Below, piece after piece: positions 15,856-23,571 of a DNA stretch of 34,925 nucleotides. Each line of letters begins with the position of its first letter. The first letter of the stretch is position 1. Origin of the DNA: an uncultured Bacillota bacterium. Lineage in GTDB: Bacteria > Bacillota_I > Bacilli_A > ML615J-28 > CAG-313. The stretch spans positions 1-34,925 of the forward strand of contig ONHH01000107.1 of NCBI GenBank assembly GCA_900317575.1, written 5' to 3'. Position numbers and translations under genes: made by a program. The notes below the pieces were generated by a model, which saw nothing but the letters and a program-made list of their open reading frames with translations, did not search any database and was not told where the DNA came from.

Positions 15856-18720
15856 ATGAAAAAAGTCGGATTGTTTTTTCTTTTATTATCATTAATCATC
15901 TTTATTTCATCTTGTAATTTAATTAATAAATATGCAGGAAATGAATATAAAGTTACTTTTATGGCGGGTGAAGAAACAGTAACGACTTCTCTTGATAGTT
16001 ATATTGCGGGGAAGCGTTATAAGCTTCCTCTTTTAAATGATACTAAGTCATTAAAATTTGTTGGTTGGTTTTTAAATAAAGAATTTAAAGGAACTAAACA
16101 AACAGTTATCCCAGTTAGTAGTTATGGAGATAAAACTTATTTCGCAAAATTTGATATTGTTGATTCGACTATGCTACCAGTCAATTTTGATATTGCGTTA
16201 AAGAAATTAACAATAGCTGATTATGATATCAAAAGGATAATTGATGATGAAATAATTAGAGAAAGATTAATTGTTAATAATAATACAAGGTATTATAAAT
16301 TCTATAATGATTTAGATCATAAATATTATGAATATTATTTTAATAATGATAATTATGATTCTAATATCTATTATAATGAAGATGATCGATGGTATAAAAT
16401 AGATCTTGATCATCCATCCTTCTTTACTTATTTTAAAAAGATCTTTTCTCTTTATCCATCTAGAGTAAGTGATATCATTGATAATTACGCATATATCAGT
16501 GATTATGTTTATGAAACAAAAGATAATTTTGGTAAAAGATATCTGGAATATTTTACTAATCTCAATACCGAAAATATGGATAAAGTAAAAATTAGATTTT
16601 ATTTTAAGAATCCTAATAATATTGAAAAGATTGAATTATTCTATTATGATAAGCTTTATAAAAAAGATATTAAATATGAATTAAATATCACGACTTATGA
16701 TAAATTAAAAATTGATCTACCAGAAGATATTTATAATATCTATGGAACCGAACTTAAAATTAAAGATGTTAAAAACATTACTGAAAAATCCATAGTGGAA
16801 TTTAGAGGTATCATCAGTAGTAAATTCATTCTTAATGATGAATCGTATTATATGATTAATGATGAAACTGCATCGATAATTATTAAAGATCATAATGATA
16901 AATTAATTAGTGGCGATAAAATCATTGTTAAAGGAATAATGGAAAATCATCAATTTATTGAAGAACCAAATATTAGCTTAATCAGTCTTAATAATGAAAT
17001 CATTAAAGAAACAGTCGATGAATTAAAAGAAATAAATGATGATAATCTATATGATATTAATTTATTGAGAGTAATTAATCATAATGATAATCAATATCTC
17101 TTAAAAGATTATAATGATGATTATATTTATTACACAACTGATAAAGAATTAATTATTAATTCATGTATTAAATTAAATAATATTATTTATTATGAAAATA
17201 AGTTAATTGACAGTATGGATACTAAGATTGATGTAATCTATAATGATGGTGATGAATTATCAATCAATTATTTGAAATTAGATAATGAAGCGCTTGATAT
17301 TGATAATGGCACACAAATTGATGAAATTAAAGAATTAATTAAATGCTATAAATATTATAATAATGGGGATAAAGAATTATTAGATTCTTCATTATTTGAA
17401 ATTAGTTGTGATAATTATTCTCCATTCGTTGTTGGAAAATATTATTTTAAATTGACTTATTTATCTTATCAAATTAATTTTATTATTAATGTATATGAGA
17501 ATGATGATTCAATTCTACATTTTGGAACTTATAAGACCTTATATGATATTGCGGAAGAGAATGAATTAGGAGTTCCAATTAAATCAATTGGTGATGTTAA
17601 TTTATTAATCGTACCAGTCCTTTTTATTGATCAAGAAGTAAGAATTGATTTAAAAAATAAAATTGAAGAAGCCTTCTTTGGCTATGATACCGGCTATGAA
17701 AGTGTCACCAGCTATTATCATAAATCATCATTTGGTAAATTAAATATTCAGGGAGATGTTGCGAAACCAATATCTTGTGATTATTCAACATCAGCTGTAG
17801 AATTAGCTTATAGTAAGAACAAAAATAGCTTAGGCTTGATGCTGCAAACACTCCTTAAACGAATGGATGATGAAATTGATTATAGTAAATATGATGGTTT
17901 ATTCTTTATTTATGATGCACCATATATTAGCTATAATAATGATGAAGTATTCTGGGCTAGAACATCTAAATTTAATAAATCAATAACTTTAGATGAAAAG
18001 AATTTTGATTATTTTGCGTTTGCATCTAGTTATTATATGGATGATAAATTAAGAGATGGATCAACTATTTTCATCAATTCTACAACCTATATTCATGAAA
18101 TGGGACATTTGTTAGGTCTAAGTGATTATTATGACACTTTAAAATCAACTACTGGTCGTTTAGGTGGTAGTGGTGGTGGAAATATGATGGATCAAACTAT
18201 TGGTGATTTAGATCCATTTAGTAAATTATTATTAGGTTGGATTGAACCAACAATTGTTTACAATAAGACAATTGAAATGAGTCTTGCTAAATATGAAATA
18301 AAAAATGAAGCTATCTTAATTCCTAAGAAATGGGAAAAAGATATCTTCAGTGAATATTATTTAATTATTTATTATACGCCAGATAATTTAAATGAAAAAG
18401 AAAAAGGATATAGTGGTTTAATAGATGATAGTGGTATTATTATTTATCATGTAGACGCAACATTAAAACCTAATATTACTAATATCTTTGATCTTACTTT
18501 ATATAATAATGATGCGACATCACCTCATAAATTATTAGATGTTATTGAAGCTGATCATAATAATTCGATTATTAATGGCGAATATTTTAATAGTAATGAT
18601 CTATTTAAAGTCAATAATATTTTTGATTTTGGTACTTGGAATAATAAAGTAAAACTTAATTACCAAATCACTATTAAATCAATTGGTGATACCGCAAGAA
18701 TACTTATTGAATATATATAA
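15856..18720 (+). CDS. lipoprotein, M6 (immune inhibitor A-like) zinc metalloprotease with an N-terminal Flg_new repeat
   Basis: Lipobox IFISSC. Flg_new segment YKVTFMAGEE...LKFVGWFLNKEF...TYFAKF. HEMGHLLGLSDYYD (HEXXH at 18094-18108), preceded by VNLLIVPVLFIDQ and followed by IIIYHVD, as in M6 domains. ATG 15856 is preferred over GTG 15847 because AGGTGA lies 5 nt upstream. Confidence 0.8.
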   Translation: MKKVGLFFLLLSLIIFISSCNLINKYAGNEYKVTFMAGEETVTTSLDSYIAGKRYKLPLLNDTKSLKFVGWFLNKEFKGTKQTVIPVSSYGDKTYFAKFDIVDSTMLPVNFDIALKKLTIADYDIKRIIDDEIIRERLIVNNNTRYYKFYNDLDHKYYEYYFNNDNYDSNIYYNEDDRWYKIDLDHPSFFTYFKKIFSLYPSRVSDIIDNYAYISDYVYETKDNFGKRYLEYFTNLNTENMDKVKIRFYFKNPNNIEKIELFYYDKLYKKDIKYELNITTYDKLKIDLPEDIYNIYGTELKIKDVKNITEKSIVEFRGIISSKFILNDESYYMINDETASIIIKDHNDKLISGDKIIVKGIMENHQFIEEPNISLISLNNEIIKETVDELKEINDDNLYDINLLRVINHNDNQYLLKDYNDDYIYYTTDKELIINSCIKLNNIIYYENKLIDSMDTKIDVIYNDGDELSINYLKLDNEALDIDNGTQIDEIKELIKCYKYYNNGDKELLDSSLFEISCDNYSPFVVGKYYFKLTYLSYQINFIINVYENDDSILHFGTYKTLYDIAEENELGVPIKSIGDVNLLIVPVLFIDQEVRIDLKNKIEEAFFGYDTGYESVTSYYHKSSFGKLNIQGDVAKPISCDYSTSAVELAYSKNKNSLGLMLQTLLKRMDDEIDYSKYDGLFFIYDAPYISYNNDEVFWARTSKFNKSITLDEKNFDYFAFASSYYMDDKLRDGSTIFINSTTYIHEMGHLLGLSDYYDTLKSTTGRLGGSGGGNMMDQTIGDLDPFSKLLLGWIEPTIVYNKTIEMSLAKYEIKNEAILIPKKWEKDIFSEYYLIIYYTPDNLNEKEKGYSGLIDDSGIIIYHVDATLKPNITNIFDLTLYNNDATSPHKLLDVIEADHNNSIINGEYFNSNDLFKVNNIFDFGTWNNKVKLNYQITIKSIGDTARILIEYI

Positions 18721-18723
18721 AAG

Positions 18724-18758
18724 GACTAAATTCTATTAATTTAGAATTTAGTCTTTTG
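18724..18758. terminator. bidirectional terminator between the M6 protease gene and cvfB
   Basis: Stem GACTAAATTCTA (18724-18735) / TAGAATTTAGTC (18742-18753), followed by a T-run. Overlaps the cvfB stop. Confidence 0.8.
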
Positions 18759-19593
18759 TTTTGATGATTCGATAATCTTCAATAATAATTAGATGTTGCT
18801 TATATAAATTACCAATTGAACGCTTAAAGGCACTTTTTGATAATGGAAATATTTTTTGAATCTCTTCAGGTGTTGATTTATCACCTAGAGGGACAACACC
18901 AAAGCTATTCAAATAATTTAGAATCATTGCGGCATCATTTTCCATCATTGTTTCTTTTTGTTCAATTAGGGATCCATCATATTCATTATGTTTATTGATA
19001 CCAACAATTGTAATATTAATCTTTTCCCCTAAATGATATTTCTTTCTCATTAAAGAATTATGAATATAAATACAAGTAAGATTATCCGTTACCGCAATTA
19101 ATCCTGTTGATGTAAAATGGGTAACAATTCCATCTACCTTATCTTTAAGATGGAATTTATCTATATTAGGTAATTCTTGTTTACTTGGAATATGGGCAAC
19201 CATTGATGAAGTCTTTAATCTTAAAATGATTGGCAGTTTATCCCCAATTGTTGGCCATGCTTTAAGATTTTTTGGTAATTCATCAATTGATAATAAGATA
19301 TCTTTAGATATACCAATATTCATAAAAAGTCCAATTTTAGGATTAATATTTACAACTTCCGCAAAACCAATTTTATTTACAGTAACATTAGGTAATTTCA
19401 TTGTTGCGGCTAATCTTTTTTTATTATCATAATATAAGAAAGCATCAATCTTATCATTTACTTTTAAGGGATGTAAGGTCTCATTAAAATGTAAGAAGAA
19501 TTCTTCTTCATTACCATCTAAAGTTAAGATATAACTGATATCTGTTTCTCTTTTAACAGTAAATTGATTTATTTCACCAATTCTAGGTTGCAT
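18748..19593 (-). CDS. cvfB: S1-domain RNA-binding protein, CvfB/YitL family
   Basis: 281 aa. Repeated S1/OB-like segments and a C-terminal winged-helix-like tail (KSAFKRSIGNLYKQHLI). Size and layout match the CvfB family. SD GAGGTG. Confidence 0.65.
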   Translation of the reverse strand: MQPRIGEINQFTVKRETDISYILTLDGNEEEFFLHFNETLHPLKVNDKIDAFLYYDNKKRLAATMKLPNVTVNKIGFAEVVNINPKIGLFMNIGISKDILLSIDELPKNLKAWPTIGDKLPIILRLKTSSMVAHIPSKQELPNIDKFHLKDKVDGIVTHFTSTGLIAVTDNLTCIYIHNSLMRKKYHLGEKINITIVGINKHNEYDGSLIEQKETMMENDAAMILNYLNSFGVVPLGDKSTPEEIQKIFPLSKSAFKRSIGNLYKQHLIIIEDYRIIKTKD

Positions 19594-19610
19594 AATATCA
19601 CCTCTTAATT

Positions 19611-19619
19611 ATTATACCA
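19611..19619 (-). promoter_or_regulatory. extended -10 of the cvfB promoter
   Basis: The minus strand reads TGGTATAAT, 17 nt upstream of the ATG at 19593. The -35 is weak. Confidence 0.5.
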
Positions 19620-19645
19620 TATTTATTTAATTCTTAAATGAAAAG

Positions 19646-19654
19646 TGGTATAAT
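19646..19654 (+). promoter_or_regulatory. extended -10 of the 19692 membrane-protein gene
   Basis: TGGTATAAT. It lies inside the ORF-track N-terminal extension (19638), which argues for the ATG at 19692. Confidence 0.5.
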
Positions 19655-19691
19655 ATATATACATAAGAATAAAAAAAGAAAGGAAAGAAAA

Positions 19692-20306
19692 ATGAAAACT
19701 CAAGCAAAGGTATTATTAATTACTGCCCAACTATTAAAATTATTTGAAGCAGTTCTAGTTTTTATTATTGGTCTTGCTTTAATAATCAATCATAGTTTTG
19801 ATCGTACTATTAGTATTATTGTTGGTATTGTTTTACTTCTTACTGGTTTTGCAACTCTAGTTGCTGATTTAATTAATGAAAAGAAGGCTCTAACTACTTC
19901 AGCATCAGTTAATGCCGGAACAATTGCGTTAGGTGTATTATGCTTTATTTCTTATATTCCAGTAGAAGAATATCTTGCATTATTATTAATCGTACTTGGA
20001 TCATATGCAGTTCTTGAAGCAATCCTTACTTTAATCTTCAAGAGGGGAGCTCTTAAAGCTGTTATTTATTTAGTAATTGGAGCTCTATTACTTGTAGCAG
20101 GTATCTTATTCTTAACTAATCCAGATGTAAAAGAAGTTCTATGCATTATTATTGGTGTATTATTATTATTAGTTGGACTTCTATTAATTCTTGAAACTGT
20201 TCTTGAATTAATTAAAGGATTAAAATTAGTATCAACTATTGATAAGAAATTAGTTGAAGAAGAACAAGATCCAGAAGAAGAAGTAAAAGAAGCTGTAATG
20301 GAATAA
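19692..20306 (+). CDS. integral membrane protein (DUF308/HdeD-like repeats?) with an acidic C-terminal tail
   Basis: 204 aa from MKTQAKVLL. About 6 hydrophobic segments with recurring G..LL..G spacing. Tail VEEEQDPEEEVKEAVME. Confidence 0.55.
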   Translation: MKTQAKVLLITAQLLKLFEAVLVFIIGLALIINHSFDRTISIIVGIVLLLTGFATLVADLINEKKALTTSASVNAGTIALGVLCFISYIPVEEYLALLLIVLGSYAVLEAILTLIFKRGALKAVIYLVIGALLLVAGILFLTNPDVKEVLCIIIGVLLLLVGLLLILETVLELIKGLKLVSTIDKKLVEEEQDPEEEVKEAVME

Positions 20307-20313
20307 TAAAAAA

Positions 20314-20353
20314 GCTCAAGATATCTTGATTATTCAAGATCTTGAGTTTTTTT
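20314..20353 (+). terminator. rho-independent terminator
   Basis: CTCAAGAT ... ATCTTGAG arms with an internal alternative hairpin, followed by T7. Confidence 0.75.
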
Positions 20354-20365
20354 AATTTCAATTAT

Positions 20366-20394
20366 TTGATAATTCTTTATAGTAATGATATAAT
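20366..20394 (+). promoter_or_regulatory. promoter of the STAS/kinase pair
   Basis: TTGATA (20366-20371), 17-nt spacer, TGaTATAAT (20386-20394). Confidence 0.6.
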
Positions 20395-20416
20395 CTTTAC
20401 TGGATAGGTGGAGTAT

Positions 20417-20725
20417 ATGGAATTATTATGTAAGGTGAATAATGAAGAATTAGTTATTAATGTGATAGGCAGATTAGATACTAATACATCACTAGATTAT
20501 GAAAATTTAATTAAGGAGAAGATATCTAATATTAATTCATTAATCTTAGATTTTAATGATTTAATATATATATCAAGTGCTGGTTTAAGAGTGGTACTAG
20601 TTACTAAAAAATTAATGAATGATAAATCAATGAAAATCATTAATTGTAGTAAAGAAGTAATGAATATCTTTAAGATGACTGGCTTTGATAAAATATTAGA
20701 TATTGGTTTAAAACATGATTGTTAA
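20417..20725 (+). CDS. STAS-domain anti-sigma-factor antagonist (SpoIIAA/RsbV-like)
   Basis: LDFNDLIYISSAGLRVVLV matches the STAS phospho-Ser loop (second Ser at 20576-20578). The start is ATG 20417 or the in-frame GTG at 20408. Confidence 0.8.
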   Translation: MELLCKVNNEELVINVIGRLDTNTSLDYENLIKEKISNINSLILDFNDLIYISSAGLRVVLVTKKLMNDKSMKIINCSKEVMNIFKMTGFDKILDIGLKHDC

Positions 20726-21131
20726 AAAAGATTTATCTTTAACTGCTCATATATCTAATTTACATATTTTCCTTGATCAAATGGAAGAAGATATGTTAAC
20801 TCAAGGTGTTGATTATTCTAAATCAATTAATGTATCGGTGGCATGTGAAGAAATCTTTACGAATATTTGTTCTTATGCCTATCAAAAAGATAATGAGGAA
20901 ATGATGATTAGTTATGAAATAACTAATGATGAAGCAATCCAAATAACATTTATTGATTCAGGGATTGCCTTTAATCCTCTAGAATATAAAGAACCAGATA
21001 TTAGTCAAAGTGCTGATGAAAGAAAAATTGGGGGATTAGGGATTTTTATTGTTAAAAATTCCATGGATGAATTAAATTATTCAAGAATTGATGGAAAGAA
21101 TATCTTTACAATTAAGAAATATTTTAAATAA
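20715..21131 (+). CDS. anti-sigma regulatory Ser/Thr kinase (SpoIIAB/RsbW-like, HATPase_c)
   Basis: 138 aa. N-box EEIFTNICSYAY, G1 IDSGIAFNP, G2 GGLGIFIVKNSMD. 11-nt overlap with the STAS gene. Confidence 0.8.
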   Translation: MIVKKDLSLTAHISNLHIFLDQMEEDMLTQGVDYSKSINVSVACEEIFTNICSYAYQKDNEEMMISYEITNDEAIQITFIDSGIAFNPLEYKEPDISQSADERKIGGLGIFIVKNSMDELNYSRIDGKNIFTIKKYFK

Positions 21132-21150
21132 AATACGTCTTGCAATATGA

Positions 21151-21179
21151 TTGCAATAAGTACTAAATTATGATATAAT
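21151..21179 (+). promoter_or_regulatory. rplS promoter
   Basis: TTGCAA (21151-21156), 17-nt spacer, TGaTATAAT (21171-21179). Confidence 0.6.
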
Positions 21180-21185
21180 ATTTAA

Positions 21186-21285
21186 GGCTTGAAAATAGTT
21201 CAGGCTCATCACATTATTCCGCTGTAACCTTGGAGATGATGGTTAGAATGAATAGTGGTAGAATAAGAAAAGGAGTGTAACAAAC
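21186..21285 (+). promoter_or_regulatory. long rplS 5' leader, candidate L19 autoregulatory leader
   Basis: About 100 nt lie between the -10 and the ATG, versus 20-45 nt for most other genes here. The leader is relatively GC-rich (GGCTTGAAAATAGTTCAGGCTCATCAC...GGAGATGATGG). An L19 leader motif is known upstream of rplS in Firmicutes, but I could not confirm the fold by eye. Confidence 0.3.
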
Positions 21286-21633
21286 ATGAGTAAATTACTT
21301 GAAGCGGTAACAAACGAATACATGAAAAATGATGTTCCAGAATTCCGTGCTGGTGATACAGTTAGAGTACACGTAAGAATTAAGGAAGGCGACAAGGAAA
21401 GAATCCAAGTATTTGAAGGTCTAGTTATTGGCCGTCAAGGTGGTGGAATCGGCGCTACATACACTGTACGTAAAATCTCTTCCGGAATTGGTGTTGAAAG
21501 AACATTCCCAGTTCATAGCCCTCTAGTTGCAAAAATTGAAGTAACACGTCGTGGTGTTGTACGTCGTGCTAAGATCAATTATGTACGTAAACTTTCTGCA
21601 AAACAAGCTCGTATTAAAGAAAGAAGAGACTAA
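21286..21633 (+). CDS. rplS: 50S ribosomal protein bL19
   Basis: [28 protein letters not shown]...GGGI..T.TVRKIS.G.GVER.FP.HSP. SD AAGGAG. Confidence 0.95.
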   Translation: MSKLLEAVTNEYMKNDVPEFRAGDTVRVHVRIKEGDKERIQVFEGLVIGRQGGGIGATYTVRKISSGIGVERTFPVHSPLVAKIEVTRRGVVRRAKINYVRKLSAKQARIKERRD

Positions 21634-21649
21634 TTTTGTATCAAAATGG

Positions 21650-21684
21650 AAATGCTGTTTAACACTAAACAGCATTTTTATTTA
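21650..21684 (+). terminator. rho-independent terminator after rplS
   Basis: AAATGCTGTTTA (21650-21661) / TAAACAGCATTT (21666-21677), followed by a T-run. Confidence 0.8.
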
Positions 21685-21701
21685 TTAATTAAGGAGGCAT
21701 T

Positions 21702-22217
21702 ATGAAGAAATTCTTATTTATTATACTTTTATTATTTTTAATCTTTACTTTTTCTTGTAAGAAGAATTCATCAAATTATGATGAAGAAATTAGAACAGGT
21801 TTAAATCGAATCTATTATTTTGATAAAGATGAAAAATTAATTAAGATAGAACCAACAGATATTATTAAAAGAGATTTAATTATTGATAATAAAATAAGAT
21901 TAGATTTCTATTTTAATTATATCATTAAAACTAATGATGAATCACTCTTACCTAAGGTATTATATCAAGGAAGTAATTTTATTTATTCTCTATATGTTGA
22001 TAATAAACTCATTGGTACTATTGGTGATAATAAAGGTAATAGTCATAATGTTGAATTTAAAAAAGAAAATGATGATGAATATATCATCAGTGAAGTTGAT
22101 AATATTTATTTAAATTTAGCCCAAACTGGTAATTATGTTATTAAATATTATTATAATTATTATGCTAATAATAAACAAATAACTAAGGAACAAACATGTA
22201 GTTTTAGGGTTGAATAA
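21702..22217 (+). CDS. hypothetical lipoprotein
   Basis: 171 aa. Signal peptide with lipobox IFTFSC. SD AAGGAGG. No recognisable domain. Confidence 0.65.
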   Translation: MKKFLFIILLLFLIFTFSCKKNSSNYDEEIRTGLNRIYYFDKDEKLIKIEPTDIIKRDLIIDNKIRLDFYFNYIIKTNDESLLPKVLYQGSNFIYSLYVDNKLIGTIGDNKGNSHNVEFKKENDDEYIISEVDNIYLNLAQTGNYVIKYYYNYYANNKQITKEQTCSFRVE

Positions 22218-22258
22218 TGAAAATAATGTAAAAAATTATGAAAAAATGAAAATCTCAC

Positions 22259-22287
22259 TTGCAAATTACATTATAGTATGATATAAT
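22259..22287 (+). promoter_or_regulatory. promoter of the LacI/CcpA-like gene
   Basis: TTGCAA (22259-22264), 17-nt spacer, TGaTATAAT (22279-22287). Confidence 0.6.
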
Positions 22288-22329
22288 ATAGACGGAGAAA
22301 TTTGTAGATAAGGAGATTCGAGGTAAGTT

Positions 22330-23361
22330 ATGAAAATTGACAACAAACAAAACAATCAAACCACGATCATGGAAGTTGCGCTTGCAGCCGGAGTTAGCCT
22401 TGCGACAGTATCTCGTGTTACAAATCATCCTGAAAAAGTAAAAAAAGCAACGAGAGAAAAAATTGAAAGAATTATTAAGGAAAAAGGCTACAAACCCAAT
22501 TTAAATGCTAAGAGTCTTGCAAGCTCAAAATCAACTACCGTTGCGGTAGTAGTACCAGAACTTGCTCGTTCATCAATTGGTGGCTTAGTTGATGGTATTG
22601 CTGCATGTGCTCAAAAGCGTGGTTATTTATTAAGATTATTTGTCAACAATGTAGGACAAGAATCTTATAAGAATGATGAAGATCTATGGAGTACGATTCT
22701 ATCATCAGTAGTTGATGGTATCTTATTTATTGATGATGAAATCAATGAAGAAAAGATTAATTTAATTAAGAATTCATATGCTCCAGTAGTATTAACTAGT
22801 GTATCTTGTGATGATCCAGATGTTCCTAGTGTTTCTATTGATTATTTTAAAGCTGTTTATGAAATAACTAAAGAAATGATTAATCGAGGCAACAAGAAGA
22901 TTTGGTTAGTATCAACAGTTCGTAGATATCTAGTTAATGATATTAAGATTAGTGGTTATACTAAAGCAATGGAAGAAGCTGGACTTGAAGTATGTGTTAA
23001 ACATGTACCAGGTGATCCAGAAAAGAATGCATCAATCTTTAAAGATATCTTAACTGAAGATGTTCCTGAAGTAGCAATCGTTGTTAGAGATTCTATTGCG
23101 GTATCATTAATCAATGTTGCTAAATCATTATCAATTAGCATTCCTGATTCAATGCAAGTAATTGGTTGCCAAAATGCTCGTTATGCTGAACTAGCTCGTC
23201 CTAGTCTAACTTGTATTAATACACCAATCTTTGATTTAGGTGAAGTAGCAATGGATCTATTAAAAGAATTAATTGACGCAAGTCAATCTGAAGAAGAAGT
23301 TAACGTTGATGGAAAACGTATTGTTGATTACAATATTATTTGGCGTGGATCAACAAAATAA
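22330..23361 (+). CDS. ccpA: LacI-family transcriptional regulator, CcpA-like
   Basis: 343 aa. HTH TIMEVALAAGVSLATVSRV. Several blocks track B. subtilis CcpA as I recall it: LASSKSTTVAVVVPE vs LASKKTTTVGVIIPD; VDGILF...PVVL...VPSVSIDY..A.Y; IPDSMQVIG..N......RPSLT....P....G..AM.LL. Orthology, as opposed to a paralog, is not proven. Confidence 0.7.
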   Translation: MKIDNKQNNQTTIMEVALAAGVSLATVSRVTNHPEKVKKATREKIERIIKEKGYKPNLNAKSLASSKSTTVAVVVPELARSSIGGLVDGIAACAQKRGYLLRLFVNNVGQESYKNDEDLWSTILSSVVDGILFIDDEINEEKINLIKNSYAPVVLTSVSCDDPDVPSVSIDYFKAVYEITKEMINRGNKKIWLVSTVRRYLVNDIKISGYTKAMEEAGLEVCVKHVPGDPEKNASIFKDILTEDVPEVAIVVRDSIAVSLINVAKSLSISIPDSMQVIGCQNARYAELARPSLTCINTPIFDLGEVAMDLLKELIDASQSEEEVNVDGKRIVDYNIIWRGSTK

Positions 23362-23374
23362 ATTAGTAGTTTTA

Positions 23375-23556
23375 TAATTAGAAAGATAGAGATTATTCGG
23401 TTGGTGGAAGAGTAACTATATTATCAAATGAATTACACGGTATGAATATTTTTATTTGAGTGCACGATACTTTAAATTAATAATTTAAAGTTAGTGAATT
23501 AAGGTGGTACCGCGGAATTATTTCGTCCTTAGTTATTAACTAAGGATTTTTTTATT
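23375..23556 (+). promoter_or_regulatory. T-box riboswitch leader (tRNA-Tyr) of tyrS
   Basis: AGAGA box (about 23389-23393). GGTGGAAG distal-loop-like element (23403-23410). Canonical T-box sequence AAGGTGGTACCGCGG (23501-23515). Terminator TCCTTAGTT/AACTAAGGA (23526-23546) plus T7. Tyr codons TAT (23417-23419) and TAC (23434-23436), each followed by A, lie in the 3' half of stem I. Confidence 0.85.
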
Positions 23557-23571
23557 TATTAGGAGGAAAAA

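Noticed and set aside
16200-17500. Possible tandem repeat or CRISPR-like periodicity in the extremely AT-rich stretch
   Set aside because: Reading it shows biased codons (AAT, GAT, TAT, AAA, ATT) inside one continuous ORF. There is no repeated unit of fixed length and no spacer-repeat structure. No CRISPR array exists anywhere in the window.
21140-21158. Direct repeat TTGCAATA x2, spaced 11 bp, upstream of rplS
   Set aside because: The second copy is simply the -35 region of the rplS promoter. Two 8-mers in AT-rich DNA are weak evidence for a separate regulatory site.
21147-21173. 8-codon mini-ORF (ATGATTGCAATAAGTACTAAATTATGA) as a leader peptide
   Set aside because: It overlaps the rplS promoter elements and so lies upstream of the predicted transcription start. 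It has no SD.
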